From a virus, in the IMG/VR virus record IMGVR_UViG_3300048918_000107: 64,000 nt of DNA; one strand, given 5' to 3'. The notes beneath the pieces were generated by a model. It worked only from the letters and a program-made list of their open reading frames with translations. It did no database searches and was not told the origin of the DNA. Shown here piece after piece: positions 39,653 through 48,099 of this stretch; the first letter of the stretch is position 1, and each line of letters opens with the position of its first letter. The position numbers and the translations under genes are program-made.

Positions 39653-42600
39653 ATGAGTGACTTCGGTCTGTTCGAAGCGGAACTTGACGCATCGACCGCA
39701 CCAGAGCGAGTTCGGCGGCAGGCCAGCACTAAGCTCGCCAACGCCATTGACGAGGTGCGAGACCGCTACGGCGACTTCCTCCTCACCGCTTCCGGCAAGG
39801 ATGAGTTCGAGGACCGCTGGTTCTACGCAAAGAACGACATCCGCAAGACTGCCGAAACCCACGTCTTTCCCAACACCGGCACCATGCGCCGCATCCACGA
39901 CGCGCTCAAGCGCGAGTTCGTGGCCTGCGATTGCGACCATGATGACGAGAAGAAGGACAAGGACCACAACGACAGCTCCGACCAGGGTGGCGGCTACACT
40001 GCGCGCCGTCGGACCGCTGAGGACTTCCACGGCGATCTGATCCCCGAGGACAACTTCGACGGCTACCTGGACTCGGTCGACCAGGGTGCACCCGAGCGCG
40101 TCGAGAATGCTGACTTCGGTCAGGGTGGCGACACCGGCAGCGACCGTGGGCGTGAGGCCCGCCGCGTCGCGCTGGAGATGTACACCGATTGGGCTGAGGG
40201 TAACGGTATGAAGGTGGCCAAGCTGGCCACGCTGGAGCACTACGCCGACACCGGCATCTCGGACAACACCTACCACCTGCTGGCCAACTACATTCTAGCC
40301 AGCGACGAAGAAGGTGGCTGCGACACCGACACCGATGGCCCCGCAGGCCCGGACAAGGACTCCGACGGTCCGGCCAAGTCGGACAAGAAGGATGACAGCA
40401 AGTCCGATTCGGGAGATGATGACTCCGATGAAGGTGATAGCGACGAGTCCGACGACAGTGACGTTCCAGCCAGCGACTCCGGAGGAGATGAGTCGTCTGA
40501 CGATTCGGGAGACGAACCAGCTGACGGGGGAGACAGTGCTCCGCCTGACTTCGGAGGGGCAGACGCTGATGCTGGAGGCCCTGAGGAAGGACCGCCAGCA
40601 GACGATCAAGGATTCGCAGGACCGCCTGAAGGGCCGCAGGGTCTCGATGACGCTTCCCCCGACATTGCACCCGACGCGGGGATGGGGGATGAATCTGGCG
40701 ACCCAGCAGCAGCTGGCGGCGACATGTACCCCGACGCCGCTGGCCCTGGTGACCAGTTCGCCATCCCGGACGCCCCACCTGACCTGAGCCCAGACGAGCA
40801 GGGCATGATCCCTGCCGACGACCAGCAGGGTGATCAGTCCATCCCACCGGAGCTGATCGATGACATCCTCGGCTTGCCGCCGGGCACCATCGAGCAGCTG
40901 GTGGTCCAGGAGATCAGCGGCGGCGGCGCAGCACCGGACGACGGTAGCGGCGCTCCCCCACCTCCCCCACCGGCTGACGATGACCCATCGGCCCGTCTCG
41001 CGCGCCAGCTGTTCGCCGAGTTCACCGGGAAGGACTGGCACAGCAAGTCCCCAAAAGATGAATCCGCCGATAAGCCCAAGACCAATTGGGATGACACCAA
41101 CGGCGGGGTGACCAAGGGCAAGAATCCGATCACCCCAAAGGCGAGCCGTCGCCGGGTCGCAGGTGAGGATGACGGCAGTGGTGACTCCGGCGCTGACAGC
41201 ACCCAGGACCCTGCTGCCGGTGGCCAGATCACCGCTCCGCCACAGGGTGCGACTCCTGCTGCATCTCCGACTCAGCCGGGCCCCGATGACGGTGCCGCGC
41301 TGGACCAGGCTGCGCAGGCCGTCACTCAGCTGATCGATCAGAAGACTCAGCAGTACCAGCAGCTGATCGATCCGCTGCAGCAGGCCGCGCAGGCCATTGA
41401 AATGGCGCTGGCGGTCGAGCAGGGAGCCAACCCGCTGGACGTCACCCCGCCTGCGGGCACGGTGGACGTCGGTCCGGGTGCCGAGCAGCCCGCTGCCGCT
41501 CCGAACACCGGCATGCCGACTGCTGCCCTGCAGCGTCACGCCTTCAAGATCGCGGTGCGCCACGACTTGAGCCAGGACGGCTACCACATGCTGCTGTCCG
41601 CCATGAGCAATCAGCACTACCGGCACGTCGCCGAGGCTATCGCGCCGCTGCGGGACCCGCAGGAGAAGATGGCCCTGGCCTCCTCCCTGGTCGACATGTT
41701 CAAGGCTGACAACGTCCGCTTCAACCCCGGAGCCTTCCTGGCATCGGCGGGCATCGAGCCGCAGCAGCACATGGCCTCCAGCCCGCGTGACCGCGCGGGA
41801 GACGGCTGGAAAGACAGCCGTGATCGAGGCGACGCCGAGCACGAGTCGCAAGACACCGACCCGGACAACTGGGAGGAGCGCGAAGCCGCTCGTCTCGGCC
41901 TTGTAGCGAGCCGCCACCCTTTCGCTGAAGGGTCTCGCCGCACTGCAGGTGAGACCCCTACTCCTGCGACCGGCGGCAACACCATGGACGTATTCGAGTT
42001 CCCCGGACAGGGAAAGACGCCCAAGTTCACGGACAACAACAAGCTGACCGATCTCCCGGCCATGAAGGGCCCCAAGATCGGCACCAGTGTGGTGGACAAG
42101 TACCAGCACTACAAGGAGCAGCAGGGCAAGTCTGGCCTGCCTACTGGCGGCGAGACAGGAGTTGACGGCTTCTTCAACTCTCCTTCTGGTAAGGGCTATG
42201 GCAGCCCATCTCAGACCAAGGTGCACGAGGTGGAGGGTCTGCAGCCGCACAAGGTTGCCAACTTCTTCCAGCCCAAGGTTGCCGGATGGCGCTGGGACGA
42301 CCACCAGAACGCCTACCTGACTGACGGCCAGAAGCCGTTCCGGTGCACCACGGCGGGCTGCGACACCGACATCCCGACGCCGAGCCAGACTATGTGCCGC
42401 TGTGGCCGTCTCTGGTACACGTACGGCATCGGTGACAGCAACCACGTCGCGTCCAACACCGGACAGCTGTTCCTGGCCCGCGAGATTCCGGTCCGCCCGG
42501 ACGTGATCATGGCCAACCGTCAGTTCACTGCCGACGAGGAGTTCAACAACGAGTCCGGTGACGGTCCGTACCAGGACTACGCCGAGGACGTCGAGTTCTT

Positions 42601-42964
42601 CAATGATGACGAGCTGGACACCGCCCCCAAGGCGCACGCCCCAGGTGAGACCGACATGGACACCACCCGATCGGCAGGGCGTCGCACCGCCACTGATTAC
42701 CCGGACGATCACAACGTCGTGACTCGCAACGGGGAGAAGTTCTGCAGCGCGTGCGACGCCATGCTCTGGGACCCGAACGTCCACCACTGCCCGGAGAAGC
42801 AGGCTTCTCGGCGCACGGCGGACTGGACGGTCTATGACGACGACGACAACGCCGGATACACGGAGGGGCCGAGTGGGCCTCCGAGTACCAAGGTCAGCCC
42901 TGTTCGCAAGGACTGGGCCAAGGTCGACGGCAAGGGTCGCTACGCCCCCAACACCTTCAAGTAA
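39653..42964 (+). CDS. 1103-aa protein with long acidic/Pro-rich disordered regions and C-terminal Cys clusters (virion or ejection protein candidate)
   Basis: Track ORF, first gene after the RNA island. Contains an Asp/Ser/Gly run DDSKSDSGDDDSDEGDSDESDDSD. Confidence 0.65.
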   Translation: MSDFGLFEAELDASTAPERVRRQASTKLANAIDEVRDRYGDFLLTASGKDEFEDRWFYAKNDIRKTAETHVFPNTGTMRRIHDALKREFVACDCDHDDEKKDKDHNDSSDQGGGYTARRRTAEDFHGDLIPEDNFDGYLDSVDQGAPERVENADFGQGGDTGSDRGREARRVALEMYTDWAEGNGMKVAKLATLEHYADTGISDNTYHLLANYILASDEEGGCDTDTDGPAGPDKDSDGPAKSDKKDDSKSDSGDDDSDEGDSDESDDSDVPASDSGGDESSDDSGDEPADGGDSAPPDFGGADADAGGPEEGPPADDQGFAGPPEGPQGLDDASPDIAPDAGMGDESGDPAAAGGDMYPDAAGPGDQFAIPDAPPDLSPDEQGMIPADDQQGDQSIPPELIDDILGLPPGTIEQLVVQEISGGGAAPDDGSGAPPPPPPADDDPSARLARQLFAEFTGKDWHSKSPKDESADKPKTNWDDTNGGVTKGKNPITPKASRRRVAGEDDGSGDSGADSTQDPAAGGQITAPPQGATPAASPTQPGPDDGAALDQAAQAVTQLIDQKTQQYQQLIDPLQQAAQAIEMALAVEQGANPLDVTPPAGTVDVGPGAEQPAAAPNTGMPTAALQRHAFKIAVRHDLSQDGYHMLLSAMSNQHYRHVAEAIAPLRDPQEKMALASSLVDMFKADNVRFNPGAFLASAGIEPQQHMASSPRDRAGDGWKDSRDRGDAEHESQDTDPDNWEEREAARLGLVASRHPFAEGSRRTAGETPTPATGGNTMDVFEFPGQGKTPKFTDNNKLTDLPAMKGPKIGTSVVDKYQHYKEQQGKSGLPTGGETGVDGFFNSPSGKGYGSPSQTKVHEVEGLQPHKVANFFQPKVAGWRWDDHQNAYLTDGQKPFRCTTAGCDTDIPTPSQTMCRCGRLWYTYGIGDSNHVASNTGQLFLAREIPVRPDVIMANRQFTADEEFNNESGDGPYQDYAEDVEFFNDDELDTAPKAHAPGETDMDTTRSAGRRTATDYPDDHNVVTRNGEKFCSACDAMLWDPNVHHCPEKQASRRTADWTVYDDDDNAGYTEGPSGPPSTKVSPVRKDWAKVDGKGRYAPNTFK

Positions 42965-42979
42965 CCAAGGAGTAGTCCT

Positions 42980-43345
42980 GTGGCAAGTGCCAAGGATGTC
43001 TGCTGGAACTGCCGACAGTATCTGGAGATCGAGTACACCGAGGCCGGGACCAAACGCCCGTTCTGCAGGCCGTGCGCCCTCCAGCTACCACCGACGTCTG
43101 AAGAGCTAGCCCTGCTCTTCATCGAGGTCACCTGCCCATTCAAGGTGGGTGACAAGGTGGAGGCATGGACCGCCGGGGAGGTGTTCGACGGCACCGGCGA
43201 GGTGCTGGAGATCAGTACCGAGCTACGCAACGGTGGCACGCGGGTCTACCCGTCGTTCCTCGTAAAGCTGGACACCAAAGAGCATGATCTGGCACCTGAC
43301 CAGGCCTTTTACACTGAAATTTGCCTGAAGAAGGTGGCAGCGTGA
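42980..43345 (+). CDS. hypothetical protein with CxxC pairs
   Basis: Track ORF with a GTG start and an AAGGAG RBS. Confidence 0.55.
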   Translation: MASAKDVCWNCRQYLEIEYTEAGTKRPFCRPCALQLPPTSEELALLFIEVTCPFKVGDKVEAWTAGEVFDGTGEVLEISTELRNGGTRVYPSFLVKLDTKEHDLAPDQAFYTEICLKKVAA

Positions 43346-45945
43346 GTAACCTCTGGACCCCCGGTGAAGGCAGCTGGCAAAGCCAGGTGCACAAGATGGC
43401 TGCGCAGAGCATGGACCCCAGGGTCGCTGCGACCGAGGCCGTGCAGGGCAGCTTCCTCAATGGCACCGACGCCGCCAACCGCAAGCTGATGCGGGCCATG
43501 GACAACCGCCGCAAGCTCGGTGGCTATCGAGGCCGTCAAATCATCGGTTCGGCGGGCTCCAACATGCAGATCGCCATGCCCAAGATTCGCCAGCCTATGG
43601 GCACCCTGGGCGATCAGGGCGTGCCGTTCAACGTGGACGACGAAGAGGAGCTGAAGGAGATTCGGCGTTGGTGCCGTCTCTTCTATCAGACTCACGACCT
43701 GGTCCCGCTGCTGATCGACATCTACAGCAAGTTCCCCTGCGTCGGACTGGAGTTCGACAGCAAGGACCCCCTCATCAAGAAGTTCTACGAGGAGATGTTC
43801 ATGGGGTCCGATCTGGACTACATGACGTTCCTGCCCGATTTCGGGCGTGAGTTCTTCACCGTTGGTGAGGTCACCTCACTGGGTCACTTCAACGAGTCGC
43901 TGGGCGTGTGGTCGTCTGAGGAGATTCTGAACCCGGACATGCTGCGCGTCAGCCGGTCCATGTTCGTCCAGCGTGACCGTGTCCAGCTCATGGTCAAGGA
44001 GATGGTCGAGAGCCTGCGCCAGGGGCCGCTGGGCAGTGGCAACTCCATGGGCGATGAGGAGACCCCGTCCGAGCGACTGCAGCGCAACCGTGAGTACCAG
44101 GAGCTGGTCCAGAACTACCCGGAGATTCTGCAGGCAGCCGCCCAGAACGACGGCCTGGACATCTCCGAGGCTCTGATCAGCCGCGTGGTCAACCGGCCTA
44201 CCCCGTGGGCCCGTCGAGGCTGCCCACACCTGCTGCGGTCCTTCCGGACCCTGATGCAGGAAGAGTCGCTCAATGCCGCGCAGCAGGCTGTGGCCGATCG
44301 CCTGTACAGCCCGCTGATCCTGGCCACCCTGGGCTCTGCAGACCTGGGCGACGGCGAGCCATGGCTGCCCTCGCAGGATGAGCTGGACGACGCCCGTGAC
44401 GACTTCCAGACCGCGCTATCGGCAGACTTCCGTCTGATCGTGCACAACTTCGGCCTCAAGGTCGAAAACGTGTTCGGACGCGAGTCGGTGCCGAACCTGG
44501 ATGCCGACTTCGAACGGGCTCAGTCCAAGCTCATGCAGGCCTGGGGTATTGGTGCCGCCTTGATCACGGGTGGCGACGGTGGCGCATACGCCAGCTCTGC
44601 CCTGAACCGCGAGTTCGTCACGCAGATGATGGTGGGCTTCCAGAATCACCTGCGTCGGCACATCCAGCGTCGCGCTGAGGTGGTGGCTGAGGCGCAGGGC
44701 CACTACGATTACGATCTCAAGGGCGGTGTCCGCGTTCCGATCTACCGCGAGATTGTGGAGCGCGACCCGGAGACCGGTGAGGAGTACATCCGCAAGGTGC
44801 CCAAGCTGCTCATCCCGGACATCAAGTTCTCCACGCTGAACCTGCGTGACGAGAGCCAGGAGCGCGCCTTCATCGCCCAGCTCAAGGGTATGGGTGTGCC
44901 TGTGTCCGACAAGACCATGTCGGTCAACATCGATATGGAGTTCGAGCAGGAGCTGGAGCGTCAGGCCGAGGAGTCGGTCAACAAGCTCATGGCCACCGCG
45001 CAGGCCATGCGCAAGGTGCAGATTCTCTGCGACGCGCAGAACCTGCCCTACCCGCCCGAGCTGGCTCAGCACCTCATGGCCACCCTGCAGCTGCGCCAAG
45101 GCAAGAATCAGACCGACCTGTCAGACGCTCAAACCGAAGCTGGTGTCGAGCAGGCCGAGCTGCAGACCGATCAGATCGAGCAGCAGAAGGTCATGCTGGA
45201 ACAGCAGATGGGTGGAGGCGCTCCGATGCCCGGCGCGGGCATGATGCCTCCGCCAGGGATGATGCCACCAGGGGGCATGATGCCTCCCGGTGCCGGTGGT
45301 CCGCCGCCACCTGCCGGACCGGGTGGAGAACCCGGCCAGGATGGCACCGTGGGTGGCCCCGAGGGTGGCGCACCGGCTGCCCCAGGACCGGGAGCACCGG
45401 GCCCCGGAGCCCCGTCTGCAGGCTTCTTCGCCTCTCACAAGAAGCAATACCGTTTCGGTGGTCCGATCGACGGCCCAACTGCCACACCGATCAGCGCTCA
45501 GGGTCCGCACGGACCGGCAGGACCCGAGCTGCCTCCGGGTGTACCCGAGCCCAGCGAGCCTGCGCGCATGCGTCAGATTCCCGAGGAATCCGGCGACCTC
45601 AAGAAGAACATGCCGACGGCGTCCAAGGATGGTCGCAAGCTCAGCAAGTTCGAGATCGGGCCGTCCAGCTATGGCCAGCACCGACGTGCCTCCGAACAAG
45701 AGGTCGAGCGCCAGGTGGGACGCCGCCAGATGCATGCTTCCTTCAGCCCCGGTCGACACCCTAAGATCAGTGATCTGATCAACGACCCGAATTTCTATCG
45801 GGCGCTGAACAAGGATGCCTATCGCGGGCAGCTGCAGGCTGACTGGCCTGAGATTCTCGCTGGTGGAGCCCCAGAGTCGAAGAAGATTCTGACCGACATG
45901 GTGGAGCAGTTTGTCGAACTATTCGGAGTTGAGCCCACCTGGTGA
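43342..45945 (+). CDS. portal protein (putative), Pro/Gly/Met-rich C-terminal extension
   Basis: GTGA-coupled start. The N-terminal half resembles podovirus-type portal families (YQTHDLVPLLIDIYSKFP, GREFFTVGEV, EEILNPD). Position is upstream of the head genes. Confidence 0.55.
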   Translation: MSNLWTPGEGSWQSQVHKMAAQSMDPRVAATEAVQGSFLNGTDAANRKLMRAMDNRRKLGGYRGRQIIGSAGSNMQIAMPKIRQPMGTLGDQGVPFNVDDEEELKEIRRWCRLFYQTHDLVPLLIDIYSKFPCVGLEFDSKDPLIKKFYEEMFMGSDLDYMTFLPDFGREFFTVGEVTSLGHFNESLGVWSSEEILNPDMLRVSRSMFVQRDRVQLMVKEMVESLRQGPLGSGNSMGDEETPSERLQRNREYQELVQNYPEILQAAAQNDGLDISEALISRVVNRPTPWARRGCPHLLRSFRTLMQEESLNAAQQAVADRLYSPLILATLGSADLGDGEPWLPSQDELDDARDDFQTALSADFRLIVHNFGLKVENVFGRESVPNLDADFERAQSKLMQAWGIGAALITGGDGGAYASSALNREFVTQMMVGFQNHLRRHIQRRAEVVAEAQGHYDYDLKGGVRVPIYREIVERDPETGEEYIRKVPKLLIPDIKFSTLNLRDESQERAFIAQLKGMGVPVSDKTMSVNIDMEFEQELERQAEESVNKLMATAQAMRKVQILCDAQNLPYPPELAQHLMATLQLRQGKNQTDLSDAQTEAGVEQAELQTDQIEQQKVMLEQQMGGGAPMPGAGMMPPPGMMPPGGMMPPGAGGPPPPAGPGGEPGQDGTVGGPEGGAPAAPGPGAPGPGAPSAGFFASHKKQYRFGGPIDGPTATPISAQGPHGPAGPELPPGVPEPSEPARMRQIPEESGDLKKNMPTASKDGRKLSKFEIGPSSYGQHRRASEQEVERQVGRRQMHASFSPGRHPKISDLINDPNFYRALNKDAYRGQLQADWPEILAGGAPESKKILTDMVEQFVELFGVEPTW

Positions 45946-45993
45946 TAAACTCCAGCCCTGTAGAACCAACAAAGTAATTTTTTAGGAGTCCTA

Positions 45994-46365
45994 GTGGGCG
46001 TTCCTGCCTCTGTTCAGTTCGACAGCAGCTACGAGTACGGCTTGCGCCTACCCGATGGCAACGCTGTGTGGCCTCCCAAGTTGTGGTTCGGGCACAGCTT
46101 CCAGACGCCTGAAGAGCGCAAGCGGTTGTTGCAATCTCTCCTAACATCGATCAACAACATGAGTCTGCCGCTTGAGCCCACGTTGGCTCAGTACCGCTGG
46201 CTCAAGCGGGAGACCCAGGTCATCACCGTCGAACGGGAGGTCATCGTGACCGACCACGATATCGAGGGTGAGCTGTCTTGGGCTCCCGACACTGAGACCG
46301 AGAACGCCTGCTGTTCTCCCGAGTCCCCTGATGACACCGTCGGCGGCGGTTTCGTCCAGTCGTGA
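45994..46365 (+). CDS. hypothetical protein
   Basis: Track ORF with a GTG start and a TAGGAG RBS. Confidence 0.55.
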   Translation: MGVPASVQFDSSYEYGLRLPDGNAVWPPKLWFGHSFQTPEERKRLLQSLLTSINNMSLPLEPTLAQYRWLKRETQVITVEREVIVTDHDIEGELSWAPDTETENACCSPESPDDTVGGGFVQS

Positions 46366-46426
46366 CCAAGGGCGAGTACCCGGTACCCGTAATGTCACAT
46401 CTCACCCACGAGGAAAGGTTCCGCTC

Positions 46427-47164
46427 TTGACTGCGGTCACGATCAGTTACATCAAGGCCACCGACGTCCAGTTGACCGATCAGATCACTGTTGAAGTCAT
46501 CGACAGCAACTTTTCCGACGCGCGCGTCTGTCAGGCGGCACGCACGTCGACCGCTGGCGCGCACGCCTCGGAAGAAGAGGGCTACGGCCTGATCAACGCC
46601 CTGATGCGCGGGCGGCATGGCACGCCGTTCGAGCACATGAACGTCACTTTCCGGGTCACGGGCCCGCTGTTCATGTGGCGCGAGCATCACCGGCATCGTG
46701 CGGGGTGGAGCTACAACGAGGAGTCGGGCAGGTACAAGGTCCTGGAGCCGGTGTTCTACACCGCAGGCCAGGGGCGTCCTCTGGCAAAGGTCGAAGGGTC
46801 CAAGAATATGGACTACGATCTGGCTCCCGGCTCCTTCGAGCAGCACCGACTGATGACCGAGTTGGATATCGAAGAGTGCACGTATCTCTACAACAACTAC
46901 CTGCGCAAGCTGGATGCGGGTATTGTCCGCGAGATGGCTCGGAAGAACCTTCCACTGAGCATCATGAGCACCTGCGTGGTCACCTGCAACGCCCGCTCGC
47001 TCATGCACTTCTTGTCGCTGAGACAGCGACACGACGACGCTGCGTTCCCAAGTAAGCCGCAGCTGGAGATCAACCTCGTGGCCGACGGATATGAGCGGCT
47101 GTTGCAGGAGCTGGCCCCGCTGACCCACAGGGCGTACATCAACAATCGCCGAGTGGCCCCCTAG
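46427..47164 (+). CDS. thyX: flavin-dependent thymidylate synthase ThyX
   Basis: ThyX signature RHRAGWSYNEESGRY (RHRxxS...S.R). TTG start after the CACCCACGAGGAAAGG leader; the start is uncertain. Confidence 0.8.
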   Translation: MTAVTISYIKATDVQLTDQITVEVIDSNFSDARVCQAARTSTAGAHASEEEGYGLINALMRGRHGTPFEHMNVTFRVTGPLFMWREHHRHRAGWSYNEESGRYKVLEPVFYTAGQGRPLAKVEGSKNMDYDLAPGSFEQHRLMTELDIEECTYLYNNYLRKLDAGIVREMARKNLPLSIMSTCVVTCNARSLMHFLSLRQRHDDAAFPSKPQLEINLVADGYERLLQELAPLTHRAYINNRRVAP

Positions 47165-47184
47165 CGCAGGAAGCTCAGGTCAAA

Positions 47185-47433
47185 ATGCCTCAGGTAGACA
47201 TCACTCATCAGGTCATCGTTACCGACCACCCTGACGAGGCGCAGAGCCTTGCCGGTTACTTCAATGAGCACGGGGTGTTCGCGGTCGTCTGTGACGATCA
47301 CGAGGTACGAGCAGCTTCCCCCAATAGCGAGACCGACTCGCTGATCCGCACCTTGAAGAGCACCTGGCAACACTTCTGGGACAATTCCGATTCAGGCCTC
47401 ATGGGTCTACCGATGTTCGTCAAGGAGACGTAG
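47185..47433 (+). CDS. hypothetical protein
   Basis: Track ORF. Confidence 0.55.
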   Translation: MPQVDITHQVIVTDHPDEAQSLAGYFNEHGVFAVVCDDHEVRAASPNSETDSLIRTLKSTWQHFWDNSDSGLMGLPMFVKET

Positions 47434-48051
47434 TTGGAGATCAGGGAGTTCGATACCGGTTACAACGCGCCGCGCTGGGCCGCCACTCTTGACGACCGAG
47501 GAGTAACGAAAGTGACGACCAACCTGGTGCACCCAGAATCTATGCGCATCAAGGACGCCAGCGCTGAGCAGTCCAAGAAGACCGGCGGCATGATCGCGCT
47601 CTATCCGCGCCGGTCCGACCTGGAGAACCTGCTGGTCGATGACCCCAAGGCTGAGCCGATCGAAGACCTGCACATGACGGTGATCTTCCTGGGCGAGGAC
47701 GTCACCGGCCAGGACCCCACCGAGCTGATCAGTCAGCTGGACTACGTCTCGCAGAACTATTCGCCGATCGAAGCCCAGGCTTTCGCGCACGCTCTGTTCA
47801 ACCCCAAGGGTGACGAGCCGTGCGCGGTTTACCTGATCGGTGACAACATCGATCTGGTCGACCTGTACGACGATCTCAAGCGGTACGTCACTGAGCACTA
47901 CCCCGGCTCCAAGGAGCAGCATCCGGTGTACACCCCGCATATAACCGCTGGGTATGGCATCGGGATCGACAAGCTGGAGTACACCGGACCAGTGCTCTTC
48001 GAGAAGATCGGCCTGCGCTGGCCTGACCACGATCAGGACTGGACCCTGTAG
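47434..48051 (+). CDS. 2H phosphoesterase superfamily protein (LigT / cyclic phosphodiesterase-like)
   Basis: Two HxT motifs, LHMTVIFLG and PHITAGYG, at the expected spacing. The start is uncertain. Confidence 0.6.
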   Translation: MEIREFDTGYNAPRWAATLDDRGVTKVTTNLVHPESMRIKDASAEQSKKTGGMIALYPRRSDLENLLVDDPKAEPIEDLHMTVIFLGEDVTGQDPTELISQLDYVSQNYSPIEAQAFAHALFNPKGDEPCAVYLIGDNIDLVDLYDDLKRYVTEHYPGSKEQHPVYTPHITAGYGIGIDKLEYTGPVLFEKIGLRWPDHDQDWTL

Positions 48052-48099
48052 CAACCCCATGCACTCCCCTCAATAGGCAGAAGCCTATGAGGAGGAAGC

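Noticed and set aside
40295-42787. Very long minus-strand ORFs in the track, for example 40295-42787, 48085-50127, 20042-21316, 28288-29613, 59601-61091, 62364-63815 and 36109-37134.
   Set aside because: They lie fully antisense to + strand ORFs that carry recognisable domains or coherent composition. Their translations are Arg/Gly/Ala/Val/Pro-rich strings typical of shadow frames in high-GC DNA. None has a plausible RBS or promoter.
7268-48051. Genome-wide TAG reassignment implied by the CUA-anticodon candidate.
   Set aside because: I read through TAG at the ends of the HIT, ParB (TAG TAG), 18673, DUF932, 35356, ThyX, 2H esterase and 61721 genes. The downstream in-frame sequence is short or looks like non-coding or out-of-frame composition. 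No long ORF is interrupted by TAG.
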